Source: Eubacteriales bacterium (GTDB lineage Bacteria; Bacillota; Clostridia; Oscillospirales; CAG-272). From it: a DNA stretch of 63,864 nt. The stretch covers positions 1-63,864 of the forward strand of contig JAZUPD010000017.1 in the NCBI GenBank assembly GCA_045604985.1, written 5' to 3'. Shown here in pieces: positions 46,442 to 55,500 of the stretch (positions are counted from its first letter, which is position 1; each line of letters opens with the position of its first letter). The translations under genes and the position numbers were made by a program. The notes beneath the pieces were generated by a model. It saw only the letters and a program-made list of their open reading frames with translations. It had not been told where the DNA came from and did not search any database.

Positions 46442-47460
46442 TGAAAAGAAGCACAAAACTCTTTATAATGCTGGGGATCCTTGCAGTTCTGATTGCAGGA
46501 GCCGTTATTCAAAGAGTTTTTTTCCCCGTTGAGACTGATTCCGATTATTCGGATGAGGGCGCAGGTTCTGTTTCTTATGCTGCAAATAATGTTGTGGCTG
46601 AAAATGTCACAGCACTCTCATATGAAAAGGGGGAGACAAACCTTTCCTTTAAGAAAAACGGTGAAACATGGTTTCTTGACGAAGAAAATGCACCAAGCAT
46701 CGACGGAGAGATTGTTTCGGCAATGGTAACTGCCATCTCGAACCCTGCAGGCAAGAATAAGATGGAAAACGTTCCATCGGAGAGTCTTGCGTCATACGGT
46801 CTTGATGCTCCCGCACTTTCTGTAACAGTGTATGAGGGCGAGCGAGTTCGTACTTACCTTTTCGGCGATTATAACAAGACCGCAAAGGAGTATTATTTCT
46901 GCGACAGAGCCATTCCCGATACGGTATATACCGTTCCGAGCATATCCTTTGAGGCTTTTTCATATACTATCGAGGATATCATAGTTCATGAAAAATTGCC
47001 CGAAATATCTGCCGACAGTATCACCTCGGTTTCGCTCGAAAATTCAGATGGAAAAACAGTTATCTCGGTCGTAAAAACTCCCAGCGATGAAAACGAAGTG
47101 GGCTATGAATTTTCCGCCAAGATAGAAAAGGACGGAAGTGAAGAAGAATATTCATATGCCGCACTTTACAGCATGGCGGAGGAGATTGCGACTTGGAATA
47201 TAGACGAATTTATCACCTTGAATGATACCGTACCGTCCGAATATGGCTTTGATTCCCCCTCGATACTTGAGGTGAATTATATCGAACGCCGTGAGTTAGA
47301 GGCGGAAGGAACGAGCGGTGGATATATAGACACCGAAAATACCTTTACCCTCATTTTTGGAAAAGCCGACGAGGACGGAAGGTATTACGTAAAGACGGGA
47401 GAGGCTTCAAGACTTATCTATAAGATTTCAAGTAGTATTTTTACCGAAATTTTTTCATAG
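46438..47460 (+). CDS. DUF4340 domain-containing protein
   Basis: The start was refined to MMKRSTKLFIMLGILAV (ATG 46438, ATGA overlap with the GldG stop). It occupies the usual fourth position in GldAFG-like operons. Confidence 0.65.
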   Translation: MMKRSTKLFIMLGILAVLIAGAVIQRVFFPVETDSDYSDEGAGSVSYAANNVVAENVTALSYEKGETNLSFKKNGETWFLDEENAPSIDGEIVSAMVTAISNPAGKNKMENVPSESLASYGLDAPALSVTVYEGERVRTYLFGDYNKTAKEYYFCDRAIPDTVYTVPSISFEAFSYTIEDIIVHEKLPEISADSITSVSLENSDGKTVISVVKTPSDENEVGYEFSAKIEKDGSEEEYSYAALYSMAEEIATWNIDEFITLNDTVPSEYGFDSPSILEVNYIERRELEAEGTSGGYIDTENTFTLIFGKADEDGRYYVKTGEASRLIYKISSSIFTEIFS

Positions 47461-47504
47461 ATCTTTGAGAAAGACGATCTTATTTCATATATTTTATTAA
47501 AACA

Positions 47505-47546
47505 AAAAACGGGTGCGGTCTGCCGGGAAGGCAGACCGCACCTTTG
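47505..47546. terminator. Bidirectional intrinsic terminator between the DUF4340 gene and abrB
   Basis: A 13-bp stem, GGTGCGGTCTGCC / GGCAGACCGCACC, is flanked by an A-run and a T-run. Confidence 0.8.
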
Positions 47547-47584
47547 TAATATTTATATAGCACTCAGAATAAAATAAAAATGTA

Positions 47585-47830
47585 TCAGAACTGATCTTTA
47601 AGCTTTGATATGCATGAGCGACAAACTCTTTTGCCGCAAAAATAGATCACATCATCTGCATCTCCGCAGAAAATGCACGAAGGATGGTATTTTGCCAAAA
47701 TGATTCTGTCCTCGTCGGTATAGATCTCAATAGGGTCTTTGATATTGATATCCATCAGCTTTCTGATCTCCATGGGCAGAACGATTCTTCCAAGCTCATC
47801 CACTTTTCTGACAATTCCTGTTGATTTCAT
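47585..47830 (-). CDS. abrB: AbrB/SpoVT-family transition-state regulator with a C-terminal Cys4 segment
   Basis: MKSTGIVRKVDELGRIVLPMEIRK is the canonical AbrB swapped-hairpin N-domain. The C-terminus reads CIFCG...CRSC. Confidence 0.85.
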   Translation of the reverse strand: MKSTGIVRKVDELGRIVLPMEIRKLMDINIKDPIEIYTDEDRIILAKYHPSCIFCGDADDVIYFCGKRVCRSCISKLKDQF

Positions 47831-47885
47831 GTTTGTTACTCCTTTTTACAATTTGTTACAAAAACTTACATATTTTGGTATAATT

Positions 47886-47914
47886 ATTATATATTATTCG
47901 ATTTGATTTGTCAA
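47886..47914 (-). promoter_or_regulatory. Consensus sigma-A promoter of abrB
   Basis: On the minus strand: TTGACA (47914-47909), a 17-nt spacer, and TATAAT (47891-47886). Confidence 0.7.
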
Positions 47915-48008
47915 TAGTTTTTTTCCAAAAAAACGATATTTTGATAGAAAAAAGTCTTTATGACACGATATGTTGTGTCAAATAATGTCGAAAGGGATAA
48001 GAGGCTGT

Positions 48009-48599
48009 ATGATTGGAAAGGTATTTGGTGCTATGTGTATTATTTCCATCTCTTATGGAGCATATTCGGGAAGATTGGCAGAAATAGGCGGGGCGGTTTT
48101 TGAAGGGGCAGAGTCTGCAATTTCTCTTACTATTTCTCTTCTCGGAATAATGTGCCTTTGGTGCGGAATAATGCAGGTGCTTCGTGATGCGGGGGCGATA
48201 AGAGTGCTTTCAAAGATTCTTTCTCCCATAACTCGTCTGTTTTTTCCCGATGCATATAAAAGCGGAGAGGGAAAGGAGGAGATATCTGCATGCATCGGTG
48301 CAAATCTTCTGGGAATAGGTAATGCAGCAACCCCCCTTGCTCTTTCAGCAATAAAGAAACTGCATAGTGACAGTATTCGGCGCGGAGCCGACCCGAATGT
48401 GGCTTCCCGTGATATGATCACTCTTGCAGTTTTGAATACCGCATCTGTCAATTTTTTGCCTACCACCATAATCGGGCTTCGGCGCATTGCGGGGGCGAGC
48501 AGTCCGTTTTCGGTTGTGCTTCCAATATGGATCTGCTCGCTTTGCTGTGCCTTTCTTGCTCTTTTGGTTTGCCGTGCTTGCGGTATGAGGCGTAAATAG
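48009..48599 (+). CDS. spmA: Spore maturation protein A (nucleoside-recognition domain)
   Basis: The sequence is collinear with B. subtilis SpmA (..GAESAISL.I.L.GIM.LW.G.M.., NLLGIGNAATP). The start was refined to MIGKVF (ATG 48009). Confidence 0.8.
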   Translation: MIGKVFGAMCIISISYGAYSGRLAEIGGAVFEGAESAISLTISLLGIMCLWCGIMQVLRDAGAIRVLSKILSPITRLFFPDAYKSGEGKEEISACIGANLLGIGNAATPLALSAIKKLHSDSIRRGADPNVASRDMITLAVLNTASVNFLPTTIIGLRRIAGASSPFSVVLPIWICSLCCAFLALLVCRACGMRRK

Positions 48600-48603
48600 G
48601 CGA

Positions 48604-49137
48604 ATGGAGATAATAGAAAAAATTGCGGCATTTTCCGTGCCGATGGTAGTTGGGATTGCTGCTGTTTTTTTGCTTTTTAGTAAAAGAGTTGCCTTTGATT
48701 CTTTTAAAGAGGGGGCAAAGGAGGGACTTTCGGTTTCCTTTGGGCTTATTCCATCACTTGTTGCCATAATAGTTGGGGTGAAAATGTTGTCCGCATCGGG
48801 GGTACTCAATGCTGTTGGTGATTTTATTGAGCCTGTGACATCAGCACTAGGTATTCCTTCCGAGCTTTTGACTTTACTTATTACAAGACCCTTTTCGGGA
48901 AGCGCTTCAATGGCTTCTTTTTCGGAGCTTATGGAAAACTGCGGAGCGGACAGTTTTCCCGCCTTTTGTGCCGCTGTGATAATGGGAAGCTCGGATACAA
49001 TAGTTTATATTTTAGGGGTGTATTTTTCCTCGGTTGTGGTCACAAAGACAAGATATGCCTTTCCCTGTGCCTTTGCGGTGATGATATTCTGCGTGTTTTT
49101 TTCCTGCTTTGTATCAAGACTTTTATGGAGTGCATGA
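48604..49137 (+). CDS. spmB: Spore maturation protein B
   Basis: A 177-aa membrane protein lies directly after spmA and shows the SpmB pattern (RPFSGSA...GSSDT). Confidence 0.8.
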   Translation: MEIIEKIAAFSVPMVVGIAAVFLLFSKRVAFDSFKEGAKEGLSVSFGLIPSLVAIIVGVKMLSASGVLNAVGDFIEPVTSALGIPSELLTLLITRPFSGSASMASFSELMENCGADSFPAFCAAVIMGSSDTIVYILGVYFSSVVVTKTRYAFPCAFAVMIFCVFFSCFVSRLLWSA

Positions 49138-49199
49138 GAAATGGCGATAAGGTTTTGATGGGGGAAAAAAGTTTTTTCTCTAGGGGGGTATTGTGGTTG

Positions 49200-49426
49200 G
49201 TTTATTATTTGAGGAGGTTTGTTAATTATTATGCGCTCATGCCGCGCGGCACTTACTTTTTCCCGCGAAAAAGTAAGCAAAGCGCTCCCAAGGGGGGCTT
49301 CCCCCTTGGGTATCCCCCATCTGTACCAACGCAGCCAAAAAACCTTGGTCCAGCCAAGGCTTTTTTGTTCTGCTGCCATCTCTGTCATATACCCACTTGC
49401 GGCATAAAGCACCGCCGCAAGTGGGG
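49200..49426 (+). repeat. Multi-hairpin repeat element, copy A (left arm of the large inverted repeat)
   Basis: Near-identical to the reverse complement of 49646-49871. Internal hairpins include CTTACTTTTTC/GAAAAAGTAAG, CCAAGGGG/CCCCTTGG, AAAAAACCTTGG/CCAAGGCTTTTTT and CCCACTTGCGG/CCGCAAGTGGG. Confidence 0.85.
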
Positions 49427-49645
49427 TGTTTTCCACCGTATCTGCGTTTATCTTTGAAAAAGATATTATATCTGATTTTTTACGCAGATACTATTTTTTA
49501 TTTTTCTTAAGTTAGATGATATACAAATAAAGTTTAAAGATATAATTCTCTTTCCTCAACTAACTAAAAAACAAAAGATAGCACCTGCGGAAATACTTGT
49601 AAACTTCATCATTTCAATTTGCGAGAGCAGGTGCGGTATCGTCTG

Positions 49646-49871
49646 CCCCACTTGTGGCGGTGCTTTATGCCGCAAGTGGGTATATGATAGTACTGACAGC
49701 AGAACAAAAAAGCCTTGGCTGGACCAAGGTTTTTTGGCTGCGTTGGTACAGAGGGGGGATACCCAAGGGGGAAGTCCCCTTGGGAGCGCTTTGCTTACTT
49801 TTTCGCGGGAAAAAGTAAGTGCCGCGCGGCATGAGCGCATAATAATTAACAAATCTCCTCAAATAATAAAC
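49646..49871 (-). repeat. Multi-hairpin repeat element, copy B (right arm, inverted)
   Basis: Its reverse complement aligns base-for-base with 49200-49426 except for about five small mismatch clusters. Weaker similarity extends outward to about 49165 and about 49905. Confidence 0.85.
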
Positions 49872-50068
49872 TAATGCAAATACCCTCCTCAATAAAGGTG
49901 CATTATACACCAAAAAAACTTTTTTTATTAGTTTTTAATTATCGGAAAAATGTACAAAAGGAAAAACTTGACGAAAATCAAGGGCTTGGAGCATTTTTCA
50001 TCCCGAAAAAAATCAAAAACACGGTTTTTTTCTCATTTTCGGGAGCAAAAAATCGTCAATTTTGTCAA

Positions 50069-50097
50069 TTTACAAATTCAAAAAAATGCGCTATAAT
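50069..50097 (+). promoter_or_regulatory. Sigma-A promoter (TTTACA-17-TATAAT) of a short terminated transcript
   Basis: TTTACA (50069-50074), a 17-nt spacer, and TATAAT (50092-50097). Confidence 0.55.
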
Positions 50098-50103
50098 ATC
50101 CTC

Positions 50104-50186
50104 ACTTGCACGGCGACACCCGATGTGAGCGGAGTATCAATCTCATGATATCAACGCGCTCAATCGGTCTCGGTCCGTGCTTTTTT
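50104..50186 (+). ncRNA. Candidate small RNA (about 80 nt), a long imperfect hairpin plus U-tract
   Basis: Nested stems GCACGG/CCGTGC, TGAGCG/CGCTCA and TATCA/TGATA end in TTTTTT at 50181-50186. There is no ORF, and lon has its own -10 elements further downstream. Confidence 0.35.
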
Positions 50187-50302
50187 CCTGCCTTTTATAT
50201 ATATAATTGTAAACAAATTTCAAAAAGTATAGATTTTTTCTCTATAATGTGGTATAATTGTGGAAATAATTTTTAATAATTAAATCTAGAAAGGATCCCG
50301 CA

Positions 50303-52648
50303 GTGGATTATCTTAAAGAACAAATGTCTATCATAGAAAAAGTTGAAAATCTTACCCTTCCAATAGTTGCTCTTCGCGGTATCGTCGCTTTCCCCGCAGT
50401 AACTATAAATTTTGAATGTACCGAGGATGAGGCACTGGCAGCAGCAAATGCCGCCCTTGAAACCGATTCTTACGTACTCTTCCTCTCAAAAAAGAATATC
50501 GAAAATCCTGAAAGCTTTGAAAAGGCTGTTTTTGACATTGGCACGGTTGCAAAAATCAAACAGTCGGTGAAAACGCCCGATGGCAATATTCGCCTTATCG
50601 CAGAGGGCCTTTGCCGTGCAGAGGTCTCGGAAATTCGCCCCTTTGCAGATTATTATGTTGCCGAGGCTGTCTGCCGTAAGATAAGTCTCACAGACAGTGG
50701 CGGACTCCGCGCACAAGCCATGATCGAGCAGGCAAATAAGCTTCTCGAAATTCTTACCTCGTTTTTACCCGCTCCCTCGGACGAGCTGAAGCTCCGTGCA
50801 AAAACTATCACAAATCCCGGTCTTCTTGCGGATTTTATTGCATCAAACGTCCTTGTAAAGTATGAGAACAAACAGGAGATACTCGGTAAATTCGAGCCCA
50901 TGAAGCGTCTTATGACGCTCCTCAAAATTATGGAAAAGGAAATTGAACTTCTCGAATGTGAAAAGGATATTCACCGATCTGTTAGAGCCAGACTCAACCA
51001 AAACCAACGAGAATATTATCTGCGTGAGGAAATGAAGGTCATTCAGGAGGAGCTTGGGGGCGACCAATCGGACACTGATGAATATTACGACCGCATCATG
51101 TCTGCAAAACTCCCCGAAGAAGTTAAAACGAAACTTCTCAAAGAAAATTCCCGCCTTGCAAAGACCCCCTTCGGCTCTGCCGAGGCAGGTCTAATTCATA
51201 CATACCTTGACACCTGTCTTGAGCTTCCTTGGACGAAAAAAACCAAGGACAGAGTAAGTGTCACCGCTGCTGAAAAGATACTCAACGCCGACCATGACGG
51301 ACTCGAAAAGGTAAAGGAAAGAATCCTCGAATTTCTTGCGGTCAAGCAGCTTAATCCCGAGCTGAAAAATCAGATAATCTGCCTTGTAGGGCCTCCCGGT
51401 GTGGGCAAGACCTCGGTTGGTGCTTCCATCGCACGTGCAATGAACAGAAAATATGTTCGCGTTTCTCTTGGCGGCGTAAGAGACGAAGCTGATATCAGAG
51501 GGCACAGAAAAACCTATATCGGCGCAATGCCCGGCAGAATCATGAACGCAATAGCGCAAGCGAAGGTCAATAACCCTCTCGTTCTCCTTGATGAGATCGA
51601 CAAGCTAACCTCGGATTCACACGGAGATCCTGCGTCCGCACTGCTTGAAGTCCTCGATTCGGAGCAAAACCGCACCTTCAGAGACCACTTTATCGAGCTT
51701 CCCTTTGACCTGTCGGATTGCGTTTTCATCGCAACTGCAAACACACTCGATACCGTTCCGAGGCCCCTTATCGACAGAATGGAGATCATTGAGCTTAAAA
51801 CATATACAAAGAGCGAAAAAACTCAGATAGCTAAGAATCATCTCATCCCCAAACAGCTGAGAAGACACGGTCTTACAAAAAAGATGCTCTCGATAAATGA
51901 AAAGGCAATTCACGAGATGATAGACTTTTACACAAGAGAAGCAGGCGTAAGAAATCTGGAGCGGACCATCGCAACCCTCTGCCGCAAAGCGGCAAAAAAG
52001 ATTCTTTGCGAGGACGGAGTCGAAAGCATAAAAATCACAGATAAGAACATTTCCGACTTTCTCGGTGCAAGAAAGCTTATCCCTGACGCTATTGCTCCCG
52101 AGGACGAGATAGGAACGGTAAACGGACTTGCTTACACCGAGGTGGGCGGCGATATGCTGAAGATCGAGGCCTCCATTCTTGAAGGAAGCGGCAAGATCGA
52201 GCTTACTGGGTCTCTGGGCGACGTTATGAAGGAATCCGCACAGATCGCAGTCAGCTATGTACGCTCCATCGCAAGCAAATACAGCATCGAAAAGGATTTT
52301 TATAAGACTAAGGACATCCATATCCATTGTCCCGAGGGTGCTGTCCCCAAAGACGGTCCTTCTGCGGGGGTTACCATGACAACAGCTCTTGTCAGTGCTC
52401 TTACAGGAATACCCGTTAAACGAGATGTTGCTATGACCGGTGAGATAACCCTGAGAGGAAATGTTCTTGCAATCGGAGGACTTAAGGAGAAAACCATGGC
52501 GGCATATAGTGCCGGAGTGAAAACCGTCTTTATCCCCGAGGCCAATATGAAGGATCTCTCCGACATTGATCCTGCCGCAAGAGAGGCACTTAATTTCGTT
52601 CCATGCAAAAAGCTCTCAGATATTCTTGACGGTGCACTTAGAAAATAA
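50303..52648 (+). CDS. lon: ATP-dependent Lon protease (endopeptidase La)
   Basis: It has a LAN domain, AAA+ motifs (GPPGVGKTS, LLDEIDK) and the protease site PKDGPSAG. The start is GTG 50303, or alternatively ATG 50324. Confidence 0.95.
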   Translation: MDYLKEQMSIIEKVENLTLPIVALRGIVAFPAVTINFECTEDEALAAANAALETDSYVLFLSKKNIENPESFEKAVFDIGTVAKIKQSVKTPDGNIRLIAEGLCRAEVSEIRPFADYYVAEAVCRKISLTDSGGLRAQAMIEQANKLLEILTSFLPAPSDELKLRAKTITNPGLLADFIASNVLVKYENKQEILGKFEPMKRLMTLLKIMEKEIELLECEKDIHRSVRARLNQNQREYYLREEMKVIQEELGGDQSDTDEYYDRIMSAKLPEEVKTKLLKENSRLAKTPFGSAEAGLIHTYLDTCLELPWTKKTKDRVSVTAAEKILNADHDGLEKVKERILEFLAVKQLNPELKNQIICLVGPPGVGKTSVGASIARAMNRKYVRVSLGGVRDEADIRGHRKTYIGAMPGRIMNAIAQAKVNNPLVLLDEIDKLTSDSHGDPASALLEVLDSEQNRTFRDHFIELPFDLSDCVFIATANTLDTVPRPLIDRMEIIELKTYTKSEKTQIAKNHLIPKQLRRHGLTKKMLSINEKAIHEMIDFYTREAGVRNLERTIATLCRKAAKKILCEDGVESIKITDKNISDFLGARKLIPDAIAPEDEIGTVNGLAYTEVGGDMLKIEASILEGSGKIELTGSLGDVMKESAQIAVSYVRSIASKYSIEKDFYKTKDIHIHCPEGAVPKDGPSAGVTMTTALVSALTGIPVKRDVAMTGEITLRGNVLAIGGLKEKTMAAYSAGVKTVFIPEANMKDLSDIDPAAREALNFVPCKKLSDILDGALRK

Positions 52649-52666
52649 ATTAGGAGGACAAAAAGT

Positions 52667-53272
52667 ATGCCTCTCAATACGCAAAAAGTAAAGCTCCGTA
52701 TCTCGGCGGGAGAGCCAAAGCAATTTCCGAGGGATACGATTCCGCAAGTGACCTTTTCCGGTCGCTCAAATGTTGGAAAAAGCTCTCTCATAAATACACT
52801 TCTCGGAAGAAAGAGCCTTGCAAGAGTCAGCTCCGCCCCCGGAAAGACCATAACTGTCAACTTTTATGAAGTTGACGGTAAGCTTTTTCTCGTAGACCTT
52901 CCCGGTTACGGTTATGCAAAGCGCACTTTTGAGAACAAAAAGCAGTGGTCTGCGCTGACTGACGGATATTTTACAAACAATCCCAATATAGACCTTCTTT
53001 GCCTTGTCATTCAGCTAATCGACATAAGAGTGGGCATTACAGCAGACGACAGAATGATGATAGATTTTCTCGCCCAGAGCGGAATCCCTTTCATCATAGT
53101 TGCAACAAAATCAGATAAGCCAAACAAGACCGATAGAAAAAAGAGCCTTGATGCCATTGCCTTCGATCGGAGCGTCCCGAACGGAACGCCTATCATTCCA
53201 TTTTCCTCACTTTCCGGCGAGGGAAAGCAGGAGCTTTGGCAGCAGATATACCACTTTTCAGAAATAAAATAA
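52667..53272 (+). CDS. engB: Ribosome biogenesis GTP-binding protein YsxC/EngB
   Basis: GRSNVGKSSLIN, DLPGYGYA and TKSDK are present. The position after lon matches that in Bacillus. Confidence 0.9.
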   Translation: MPLNTQKVKLRISAGEPKQFPRDTIPQVTFSGRSNVGKSSLINTLLGRKSLARVSSAPGKTITVNFYEVDGKLFLVDLPGYGYAKRTFENKKQWSALTDGYFTNNPNIDLLCLVIQLIDIRVGITADDRMMIDFLAQSGIPFIIVATKSDKPNKTDRKKSLDAIAFDRSVPNGTPIIPFSSLSGEGKQELWQQIYHFSEIK

Positions 53273-53288
53273 CTCCTCGGAGGAAAAA

Positions 53289-53996
53289 ATGTTATTTGAT
53301 ATTCTTTCGGGCGACAAAAATGCCCTTGTGAGTCTTTTGCTGAGCATTCCCGTTATTCTTTTTTCGCTCTCATTTCACGAGGCGGCGCACGGACTCATCG
53401 CCTACAAAATGGGCGACCCCACCGCAAAAAATATGGGAAGGCTTACCCTTAATCCTTTAAAGCATCTCGACCCCATAGGCGCAGTTTGTATGCTCATTTT
53501 CGGTTACGGATGGGCAAAGCCCGTACCGATAGTTACAAGAAACTTCGATAATCCGAGAAAAGGAATGGCTATAACCGCAATCGCCGGACCTATCTCCAAC
53601 CTCATTCTCGGTGTTATCTCGTCCATACTTTATGTTTTAGCCGGAATCGTATATTATAAGGCTGCAGGCAATGTGAGTGAATCCGTTCTTCTTGTTTTCG
53701 ATGTTGTTTGGATGTTATTTTATATTTCCGCATTTCTCAACTTTGCACTTATGGCTTTTAATCTAATACCCGTGCCGCCCTTTGACGGTTCGAGATTTTT
53801 CTATTATTTTTTGCCCCAAAAGCTTTATTTCGGTATTATGAAATACGAGCGCACTATTATGATAGTAGTTCTTGTAGGGTTTCTTGCCCTTTCGAGGGTG
53901 GGACTTAGCCCTGTTTCATTTGTGGCAAATTTCCTTTTCAACTCAATAACCACCCCTATATGGAATCTGGGTGTGAAAATCTTTTTCGGAGGCTGA
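53289..53996 (+). CDS. Site-2 protease (M50) family protein
   Basis: HEAAHG is the zinc motif. RLTLNPLKHLDPIG is present and the protein is polytopic. Confidence 0.85.
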   Translation: MLFDILSGDKNALVSLLLSIPVILFSLSFHEAAHGLIAYKMGDPTAKNMGRLTLNPLKHLDPIGAVCMLIFGYGWAKPVPIVTRNFDNPRKGMAITAIAGPISNLILGVISSILYVLAGIVYYKAAGNVSESVLLVFDVVWMLFYISAFLNFALMAFNLIPVPPFDGSRFFYYFLPQKLYFGIMKYERTIMIVVLVGFLALSRVGLSPVSFVANFLFNSITTPIWNLGVKIFFGG

Positions 53997-53999
53997 TAA

Positions 54000-54773
54000 A
54001 TGGAAGCTTTAACATACAAGCTGGATGCCTTCGAAGGACCTCTTGACCTTCTTCTCAGCCTAATCGACAAAAATAAGGTCAGTATTTCCGATATTCCCAT
54101 TGCCCTTATTTGCGATCAATATATGGAATATATCAGAGAAGCGCAAGAGATGGATATGGAGGTAGCCGCTGAGTTTATCGTTATGGCAAGCGAACTGATG
54201 CTGATAAAAAGCAAGATGCTTCTTCCGAGGATAAACGAGGATGAGGAAGACCCACGCATGGCTCTCGCCGATGCCCTGCTCCGCTACAAACAGGCAAAGG
54301 AGGCAACGGTTATGATGTCACCTCTCTATGCAACATACAGTGGAAGAATGGTCAAGGACACGGACGAGATATCGGTTGACAAAACGGAGGTCAGTGATCA
54401 GAGCATAGATAGGCTCTTTGCCGCAATGAAGCATATCATCATGCAGAATACAGCCATGGAAAAGGTCGAAAAGGTTCATTTTTCACCCCTTATCCAGAAG
54501 CCTATCGTTTCGGTCGAGCTTAAGATCACCGAGATACTTGACATTCTGGAAAAGAAAAGCTCCGTATCACTTCGATGCCTTCTTGCGGGTGCGGCTTCAA
54601 AAGCAGATCTTATCGCCTCCTTTATGGGAGTGCTTGAGCTTATTAAGATAAGAAGAATTCTCATAGACGAAAGCAAAATCAATGAAGAAGATTCTGTATA
54701 TGGAACGGATGCACATCTTTGTCTCAATCCCGATTATATTGACGATTCCGAGGAAAACACTCAAAAATCTTAA
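54000..54773 (+). CDS. scpA: Segregation and condensation protein A
   Basis: FEGPLDLLLSLIDKNKVSISDIPIA is the canonical ScpA N-terminus. Confidence 0.9.
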   Translation: MEALTYKLDAFEGPLDLLLSLIDKNKVSISDIPIALICDQYMEYIREAQEMDMEVAAEFIVMASELMLIKSKMLLPRINEDEEDPRMALADALLRYKQAKEATVMMSPLYATYSGRMVKDTDEISVDKTEVSDQSIDRLFAAMKHIIMQNTAMEKVEKVHFSPLIQKPIVSVELKITEILDILEKKSSVSLRCLLAGAASKADLIASFMGVLELIKIRRILIDESKINEEDSVYGTDAHLCLNPDYIDDSEENTQKS

Positions 54774-54791
54774 GAAATTGGAGAAAAAGCA

Positions 54792-55433
54792 TTGGAAAAC
54801 GAAAACACCTCCGAGCTTGGCAATATCGAAGCTGCCATCGAAGCAATACTTTATGCCGCAGGATATCCCATAAGTTACTCTAAGCTTTCTGAGGTTCTCG
54901 GCATTACCGTAAAAGACATTAAAAAGCTGGTAAGACTTATGTCCGAAAGATATAATTCACCTAAAAGCGAGCATGGAATCACTATGCTCGTATTTGAGGA
55001 TAGCTGTCAGTTCTGTACAAAGGAGCAGTTTGCTCCCTACATAAGAGAAGCTCTTGGAATACGTCGCGGCGGTAATCTTTCTGCCTCATCTATGGAGGTG
55101 CTTGCCATCGTGGCATATAATCAGCCGGTCACACGCGCCTTTATCGACACTGTAAGAGGGGTTGACAGTGCCTATGCCGTTGGATCTCTTCTCGACAAGT
55201 CTCTTATAGAAGCCGTTGGAAGACTTGATGCTCCCGGCAGACCTATGCTCTACGGAACAACAGAGAAATTTCTTCGTGTATTTGGCATGAATACTCTTGC
55301 TGATCTTCCCGACGTAGGCGAGCTTCCGGTAGTCATGGAGCAGCATCTTACAGAGGGCGAACAGCAAGTGCTTGACATCCACATGCCCGAGGGAAGCGAA
55401 GAGGAAGTGGCCCAGAACGCAAAAAACGAATAA
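54792..55433 (+). CDS. scpB: Segregation and condensation protein B
   Basis: IEAILYAAGYPISYSKLSEVL...LAIVAYNQPVTRAFID..RGV is the ScpB pattern. Confidence 0.9.
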   Translation: MENENTSELGNIEAAIEAILYAAGYPISYSKLSEVLGITVKDIKKLVRLMSERYNSPKSEHGITMLVFEDSCQFCTKEQFAPYIREALGIRRGGNLSASSMEVLAIVAYNQPVTRAFIDTVRGVDSAYAVGSLLDKSLIEAVGRLDAPGRPMLYGTTEKFLRVFGMNTLADLPDVGELPVVMEQHLTEGEQQVLDIHMPEGSEEEVAQNAKNE

Positions 55434-55500
55434 AAATACCAAAAAACGAATTTCATTCCTAGTGTCTGTCAAATACTATTAAAAGAGGAAAGGAGAAAAA

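Noticed and set aside
49219-49913. ORFs 49219..49407(+), 49556..49852(-), 49665..49913(-), 48966..49457(+) and 49005..49436(-), which encode near-identical peptides on both strands.
   Set aside because: They are translations of the two inverted repeat copies, which is why the same peptide appears mirrored. They run through strong hairpins and have no RBS.
50052-50070. A CtsR-like direct repeat CGTCAATTTTGTCAAT upstream of lon.
   Set aside because: The GTCAA repeats are spaced 9 nt apart rather than the 10 nt of the CtsR heptad consensus, and the flanking G/A positions do not match. No CIRCE element is present either.
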